Notes under the pieces: model-generated
What the model was told of the DNA's origin: nothing
Databases searched by the model: none
Seen by the model: only the letters and a program-made list of their open reading frames with translations
Made by a program: the position numbers and the translations under genes
In this document: positions 56,670 to 64,000 of the stretch, piece by piece
How the letters are laid out: each line of letters opens with the position of its first letter
Numbering within the stretch: position 1 is the first letter of the stretch
NCBI GenBank assembly: GCA_964016885.1
Contig: OZ024754.1
Coordinates: 22,320,001 to 22,384,000, forward strand
Source: Eledone cirrhosa
Lineage: Eukaryota
DNA: 64,000 nt
Reading direction: 5' to 3'

Positions 56670-59572
56670 GCATTTGTTTACTGCCCCCCACCCCAAATTA
56701 CCATCAGGACACACAGCTTTGTAATATCCTTAGAGCTGCTGCCAGGAAAACAGCCACTTATGTTTTTATTGCAGGAGACTTCAATCACCCTGAGATTGAT
56801 TGGGAAACTGAGCTTGTGTTGCTTGAACTGGTCCCAAGTGGTCATCTCCACAACAAGAGGTGACAACACTTTGGATCTACTCTTTACCACTACTCCTGAA
56901 ACGGTTATTAGTGTTACTACTGAGGAACTTTTAGCTGACTCTGATCATGCTATGATCGTTGTCAATCTGTCTCTTATGGGGGATAACAAAAACCACAACC
57001 ATCGCCAAACTGCATCGAGCTACAACATGCACCGAGCTACAACACCCAAATTGGCTTGAATTTTACAACTCTGGAGATGTGAACACTATACCTCAGAACA
57101 TCCTGAACTCAATATGGATAGCATGTGCAGCATCAGTACCACGTAAGCACAAAAAACATCCCCAAAGTGCAATTTGAGAGACTGCAGCAGTCCGACTTGC
57201 CACCAAAGAACGTTATAATGCTGAACAGGAATACAAACTGCATAAATCAGATCATCATCATCATCATTTCATTTTACGTCCGCTTTTTCCCTGCTTGCAA
57301 GGGTGGGACGGGAACTGATTCTGGCTTGATTTCTACAGCTGGATGCCCTTCCTAACACCAACCTCATTTACAGTGAGTGCTGGGTGCTTTTTTACCGTGG
57401 CACCTGCACAACCACTTTGCAGTGGAATAATATGGACCCCAGTCCCTATCATCTCATTTCTACAGCTGAGTAAACTGGAGCAATGTGAAATAAAGTGTCT
57501 TGCTCAAGGAAACAACACATCACCCGGTCTGAGAATTGAACTCACAACCTTTCGATTGCAAGGCCAATGCTCTAACCACTAAGCCATGTGCCTCCAGATA
57601 TCAATAGAAAAAAGTGAAATAAATCATCCAACCATCTCAAGCAGGTGACAAAAAGGGCAGTGCTTGAATTTGAACAGCGCATAGCAACCAACCCTGACAG
57701 TAAGGTGTTCTGGAAATATGTACATTCAAAGCAGAGACCTCACTCTCCAGTTGGTCCCACACAAGCCAGATCACTGACGACCCCAAAGAATGCACAGAAC
57801 TCATTGCTGAATGCTTTGCAGGCATTTTTACTGTTGAAAACCAAAACGTACCATCCCCACCACCTTTAACATCAAATTCTATAACAACTATGAAATTTAC
57901 ACCTGCAATGTCACCTTAAGAATAAGCGCAACTATGCTATGCCTCTCTTTGTCTTGCTGGAGTTACATACCTGCTTCTCAAGTGTGTGTGTGTGTGTATG
58001 TGTGTGTGTGGGGGGGGGGGGTGCTTTCTTCTGCATCAGTTTTCACTCTTCTTTCAATTCTGACTTACCAACAGTGGTACTCCAGAGCAGTGGAAAACTG
58101 GCAGTGTCATTCCTCTGTTCAAAAAGGGTGACCGCATGTCACCTGTCAACTATAGTCCAGCCAGTCTCGCTGAATTGCCAAACTCATGGAATCCTGTGTC
58201 AGAGAAACACTCTGGAACTTCTGGAATTTTCACAGCCTTATCCGGCCCTCGCAATTTGGATTTATCTCTAACTCCAGCTGCTGTGATCAACTTATCGAGT
58301 TTCTTGAAGACATCACCTGGATCACTAATGGCAGCTCATGGGTGAATGTTGTTTACCTTGACTTTGCTAAAGCTTTTAATTCTGTGCCACACAAAAGACT
58401 TACAGCAAAACTCTCTGCAATGGGTGTGAAGGATGATCTTTTTAACTGGTTGAAGTCCTTCATTCTCAGTCGAAGAGAGGTAGTCACGGTTCTAGGACAG
58501 CATTCTTCACCCTATAAGATGTCATCTGGTGTACCGCAGGATCTGTTCTTGGTCCCCTTTTGTTTGTTGCATATATTAATGACATAGATGCCAACTTAAA
58601 GAATGCCACAGTGCTTAAATAGGCAGATGACATCAAGCTGTACCTTGAGATAAAAAGGACAGATACTGAACACTATAGATCTTTCCTGCAATCCTGGACA
58701 CAATGCAACAATGGATCACAGACTGGCAACTCAAGCTGGCTGTGGACAAGTGTACCACCATGCATTTTGGGAGTAAAAACCCAGCGTCCACATACTCCCT
58801 CCACAACACTAACATCAAGAAGTTTTCTTGTGAAGGTAACCTGGGCATTACTGTCAGCAGCGATTTGCATTGGACAAAGCACATCTCTAAAATTGTCAAG
58901 AAGGCTGAGGGTATCTTGACATCACTGAGCAAGACCTTTTTTCAGCCGCTCTCCAGATATCTATTTAAAGCTGTATATAGTTATGGTGCGGCCACACTTG
59001 GAATTTGCATCACCAGTCTGGAACCCCTATCTTGCTCAGAACATTGACCTCCTGGAAACTGTTCAGAGACGTGCAACCACGCGAATACCCTCCATCAGGC
59101 ATCTGCCATACTCTGAATGCCTTGCTTCCCTGGGCATAGATACATTGAAGCAACTGACTTGGTAAACACCCACAAAATTATTAACCATCTTGCCAACAAC
59201 AACCCTGAGCACCTTTTGAATTCCTTGTGTCTAACACACGTGAGCATGCCTACAAAGACAGAAAACAGCACAGCTCCCATGACTTTCAGAAACATTTTTT
59301 CACACTCAGAGTTGCTAAAGCATGGAACAAACTACCTGCATCAGTTATTAGCTGTCGAGACACTGCATCCTTTAAAACCTCCATGCTTCCTGAAATTTGC
59401 CAACACTACACCTGATACCCCGCCTCCATACACATGCACACATGTATATCATGATGCATACACTGTTCATTTTCCTGACATTTGTACATTATTCTATATA
59501 CTATACATGCACCTTTGATGAGTTGTAGTGCACCTGAACACTGTACACAATAATTTCATTATTATTATTATT
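56670..59572 (+). mobile_element. Decayed CR1-clade LINE (endonuclease, RT, 3' UTR) interrupted by a SINE
   Basis: AGDFNHPEIDW, TRGDNTLDLLFT, SDHAMI, VVYLDFAKAFNSVPHKRL, GVPQ, mutated YADD, VRPHLEFASPVWNP; (ATT)n tail. Confidence 0.9.
57251..57595 (-). mobile_element. Full-length tRNA-derived SINE with bipartite RTE-derived tail
   Basis: Head ggaggcacaTGGCTTAGTGG...GAGTTCAATTC; body ttgagcaagacactttatttcac; RTE 5'UTR-like ggtgttaggaagggcatcc; (ATG)n tail; 3' part nearly identical to 32493-32613. Confidence 0.88.
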
Positions 59573-59635
59573 AACTCAAAGGCCAGCTGTATGTTTCATG
59601 TTTGTTTTGTTATTGTTCGTAGCACATTTCGTGAT

Positions 59636-60038
59636 CTCTTCTTCTTCTTCTTCTCCTCCTCCTCCTTCTTCGCCCACTTATTCCTGAGATGGTTGTGGGG
59701 ACAGTCCTCAAACATTCCTTCCAGCTGGTTCTGTCAGAAGCAACCATCTCCAACTTATCCCCAAGTGAGACCAACTAACCTTATGGATGTTATCCAACCA
59801 TCTTGCTCGGGGTCTACTCTATTGGTTGGGTTTGCCCCTAAAATCTGTCCAGTGATTCTTTTCTGAGACATTCTAACCACATACCCATAATATTGGAGCT
59901 GTGATCTCTAAATTCGGAGAAGTAGTGGCTCTACGTTGAGTGAGTCTCTGATCCCCAAGCGACACACTCTACCGAGTAACCTTACTCCAAAGACCCTTTA
60001 GAGGAACCCAATTTTGGCTGCTTGTATTCTGAATATCA
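59636..60038 (-). mobile_element. RTE-like 3' end fragment (other copies at 24202-24370 and 56140-56410)
   Basis: Shared cgcccacttattcctg...ggggacagtcctcaaaca...caaccatctccaact; (GAA)n tail on the minus strand. Confidence 0.65.
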
Positions 60039-60729
60039 TGTAGCAGGAATGTTTACTAGAATACCAATGATATGATTGAAGACTGGTAGTATGTCATGAA
60101 CATCACTCTGATAAACAGTTTCAACAACATCAATTGCAGTTGGCTGTGAACAGATGTGTAGGGTCTGTTACAAACTTTATAGTTTAAGATTAAAACTACA
60201 GTATGATGAAACAAGTTGATAGTGCTCAACAGAACACTGTCACATCAAGATTGAGGATAATATAATCAACTGTACTAAATATGTCTCGGTCATTACTATT
60301 AAATTATAATTCCATTTCCACAATAAACCTATTCAGACTTTGATGATTTGTTTCATGATTTCACGCAACATTTTGTTAGGCTGTTAACTTTAGTTTCAAT
60401 AATAATTTAAAAGTATTCTTGATTCCGCTCGACTTGTGTTAGTATTTAGTTGACTTAATACAAATATTGTATGCTTTACATTCACTCAATACTACCACTT
60501 CGTCATGGTTGGCTGATGTCAAGCACTTTTCACATGTTTTGTCAGCAAGTTCATCTTTTTCTAGTTTTAGTTCTTCCTGGTTTAATCAACCATAAATTTT
60601 CCTCTAATAAATTATCTAGGTTTAAAAACCTTTTGAAATAGTGAAGACAGTTATCATCTGATTTTAATATTTTAAATATAGATTTCTTTTCTTACACAAG
60701 TCACCACATCCACACAGCCCTACCTATAA

Positions 60730-61465
60730 CCATATGGAAATGGAGGTCAAAATGAGAAAGGGTAGTTGCTAGTGGATTACTGCTATGAGAAGAAATTTAC
60801 AATTAGAAGCACACATGGGGTGCAAGTGAGAAAACAAAGATATACTTGAATAAGCTCAAATTATATGTTTATTAATCAATGATACATGAGTATTGAAGAA
60901 CACAGATCAATAACTTTAACATCTCATATGAGAAACATTTTATATTGATATGTACAAAATATGATTGCAGATACATTAAATGAAGATATTAATGGTCTCC
61001 AATATGGTTTCATGTCCAGCCACAGGATGATTGAAGCAGTGACTATCTATAAAAGGTCGTCAATCACTCCTATTTTTTAAAATCTTGCTAATTGAATCAG
61101 CCTCATGTATCACTTCTTCGGTAACTCAGCTTCACGTATGGCTATTGACTTCTGAAAGGTTGATATAGGAGGTCATCTGAAGTTTCTCTCAGCACTTGAA
61201 GAATTGGTAGTGAATGTGAAATGTCTACAGATTATCTCTAACTTATATATAAACCAGAAGGTATATATATAAGGGGTTTTGTGAATCTGCTGAGTACTGT
61301 AACTAACAAAGGGGACGAGGCAGGGATCTGTTCTATCACCGACGTTATACAGTACTTATGTAGCCTTTGAAACATTAGAAAGTGATCACAGTATCAGAGT
61401 AGGAGATATGACCGTTAATTGTATTATGGATACAGACAATACTGCATTAGTTGCTGATAGTGAAT
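60730..61465 (+). mobile_element. Highly decayed RTE/BovB-like LINE
   Basis: Remnants NEKG*LLVDYC, QYGFM, RQGSVLSPTLY, TDNTALVADSE. Confidence 0.6.
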
Positions 61466-61811
61466 AGTTGTTGCTACACTGTGGAAGGGCAGTGGAAAGC
61501 ACGATCGTTCGTTTTTCGGTTCTCAACTGTTACTTTTTACTGTGTCTATCATGGCATTTTAGTACCTCGGTCCTCTCCAGTCCAGCAGCAGCTTTTATGT
61601 ATGGTTAAGAAAAGCTTTCGGAGAAGGAAGTGAGAGCTAGTGTACCTATCTGTTCATATCTAAGAATGATGGTGTCGCACATTAAGGTATTCTCTCTACC
61701 TGAACATATCGAACAACCTTAATAATCTCCCTTTAAGAAAATTCTGCAAGGGAGATAACATTTACAGATCTAGGCGCCATTATTCATTTATTACCGGTCA
61801 AATAGCACGCG

Positions 61812-61836
61812 CTTCTCTTTTTATTTTCAACATGTC
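61812..61836 (+). other. Putative first exon of a 5'TOP/TCT-type gene (pyrimidine start, caacATG TC|gtaagt)
   Basis: cttctcttttt tract, good start context, perfect donor at 61837, YY1-like cgccatt upstream; no second exon identified. Confidence 0.4.
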
Positions 61837-62216
61837 GTAAGTAATTTATATTTCTAACATTCTTTTTAAAAATATTTTCTTGTTTTCGGTATTTAATGTA
61901 AATTGAAACGGTATTTGTTCTCCTAAATTATAGGTTTTGAAAAACGAATGTGGTTTGTTGACCACATTTTCTTAATTTCTTAATTATCGTTTAATAGCAC
62001 TTCAACGATTATTGTTGAATTAAGCTCCAGATTTTTACTGATAAAAAAACAAGTTGTTCTTTTCTTTATCAGATCTGTCTTTTAAATTCAACTAAATATT
62101 TTAATTTTTGGAGTTGTAACTTGTTTGGCAAATCATTTGAGACCATGTGCAATTATATCGTAAAAGAGTAATTTTAGTCATTAATAAAGCAACAAAAACA
62201 TAAAAATAGACCATTA

Positions 62217-62401
62217 AATTTTGGCAGTATCAGTAGAGGTTCGGACGCCATGCTTTCTAGCATAGAGTTACGTCCCTTTACGGACTGGGTTCAAATCCCT
62301 CCAAGGTTAACTTTGCCTTTCATCCTTACGGGGTCGATAAAATAAAGTACCAGTAATGTACTGGGTAATTGCTGGCCTTGTGTCAAAAGTAGAAACAATT
62401 A
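62217..62401 (+). mobile_element. Meta-core SINE copy
   Basis: Same family sequence. Confidence 0.85.
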
Positions 62402-62991
62402 AATTTATCATTTATTTTGTGTTATCGAAACGTTCGTTGCTGTAACAATTCCAATTTATATATATCAATATATTTAGAAGATCCTGCGCCCACAGTAAGT
62501 TTCCTAACAACGAACAGCAAACTTATTTATTTGATAGAGAATATGCTGCTTTTTAAAAAAAATACTCTGTCTATTCTTTTTTTTTCAAGGCAGTAAGGGT
62601 GTGATTTGAAGACGATTTTGCTGTTATTTCTAGTAGGTCGAGTAACCACATAAACTTACGCTGGCTCCTAATCGCACCCTCCTCTTTTTTCTCGTTCACT
62701 GGTGAAACCTCATAACAATAATGGTTTCTTATATAGGTACAAGTTCATTGTTTCATTAACATTCCAATCCTATTGACAACAATAATACCAGCAATATATT
62801 GCGGTTGTTCTCGGTACTTCCGTTGGAGAAGACACCGTTTTATTGGACTCAACAGTTATGGCAGAATAAAACTTATACTTTATATTTTGAATATTATGTA
62901 TATATCAAAGGTATATATTGAGTTAGAAACTCAAAATAGTCTCTTACAATTAAATAGCTCAAAGAAAGAGGTTTTTCTGAGTCGTGTAATA

Positions 62992-63365
62992 TAATTGAAT
63001 ATAAAAGAGAGATAAACACAGATATAAACATATATGTGTTCAAATCGTAAGGGACGAGACTCGCTAGGGTGAAAAAAATACGAACTATGAACAATAGGGT
63101 TTGCCAGACTCGATTTAAAATAATAAATCAAGAAAAGAAATACAACCCTATAGTGGGCAACTGCCAGACAGCTTATGGTAGTCTGTTGCGCAATTTTAGC
63201 GAAGGGAATTACCAATTCTTTGCTCATCAGTGCGTGTAAAATTAGCAAACCCTTCACTTCTAAGTATCTCAGAAGACTGAATAGTGTGCGTATATAAAAT
63301 AGTCCCTTACGATTTGAACACATATATGTTTATATCTGTGTTTATCTCTCTTTTATATTCAATTA
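62992..63365 (-). mobile_element. Small element with 64-bp inverted arms and a degenerate hammerhead motif
   Basis: Arms 62992-63055/63302-63365; minus CUGAUGA (63230-63224)-gcaaagaauu ggu aauucccuucgc-UAAAA-UUGCGCAA; abuts (TA)n. Confidence 0.55.
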
Positions 63366-63449
63366 CATATATATATGTAAATATATATATATATAGAGAG
63401 ATTGGGAGTTACCAGTGTAGACTAGTATGATCATGTTCAGCTAAGTATT

Positions 63450-63950
63450 CGATACTTGGCAATGTGGAATGTATGTATAGACTTGCTAATGTCCCAGATA
63501 CCATTATCAGAGCCATAGAGAACGTATCTTCTCCCAGGGTCACTATCCTGAATTTAAATACAGAGCAAGAGGACTATTTATGCCGTCAGTAAACGCCTTG
63601 TCCTTTATGCTGAAGAAATATGAAGGATATGTAATTAGTTCATAAGAGACCAGAAACACTAAATTAACACAGCTTCTTTGTGGATGACCTGAAACTTTAT
63701 TCCAAGAATATAAATGGTATGAAGAAAAACCATGACCTGTTTATGGTGTTCTTGAAAAATATAGGAATGGAGTTTGGCTAACATAAATGTTCCTATATGA
63801 TTGTAAAACGAGCAAAAACTTGAAGCCAATCTAACAACATCTCTATCAATGGCCTTGCTGTTTCACCTATATCTGATGAGCACTGTTACAGATAATTAGG
63901 GATAGATGAAAATATATCCTATGATGATATTTGTAACAAGAACTGAGAGT
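63450..63950 (+). mobile_element. Decayed R4/Dong-like non-LTR RT fragment
   Basis: FVDDLKLYSK, IGMEFG*HKC and YR*LGIDEN motifs. Confidence 0.6.
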
Positions 63951-64000
63951 AAACTTAGCCAAAACTAAAATGCTAGTAAGTAGGAAAGAAGATAGAACCC

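Noticed and set aside
57520-57595. tRNA-like sequence with A and B boxes (also in the Meta SINE heads)
   Set aside because: SINE heads continuing into SINE body and tail; no complete cloverleaf or acceptor stem
62478-62494. Possible micro-exon ag|aagatcctgcgcccaca|gtaagt as partner of the 61832 ATG
   Set aside because: Weak acceptor and an unrecognisable peptide; cannot be supported without RNA data

Overview
AT-rich, repeat-dominated eukaryotic DNA, most likely from an octopus or other coleoid cephalopod (inferred from the SINE/RTE repertoire and gene structures, not proven). Two convergent spliced genes are supported: the last four coding exons of a ZFAND3-like AN1 zinc-finger gene (+, 35791-42574) and a complete FKBP2 gene (-, CDS 50430-52687, 145 aa, C-terminal KEEL) with a probable 5' UTR exon and ER-stress-type promoter near 55.3-55.5 kb. 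A TCT/5'TOP-like first exon may lie at about 61.8 kb. The rest is two ~4 kb (TA)n arrays, a 200-N gap, decayed LINEs (RTE, Tx1, CR1, CRE, R4-like), tRNA-derived SINEs, stacked non-autonomous Helitrons, TTAA MITEs and minisatellites. The most striking unannotated signal is a set of small elements beside (TA)n runs that carry minimal, Penelope-type hammerhead ribozyme motifs. The best case is a 313-bp monomer present as ~1.5 tandem copies (4732-5208) whose 5' boundary falls within about 3 nt of its own predicted self-cleavage site, a retrozyme-like architecture. All identifications are by eye; no alignments, folding or database searches were run.
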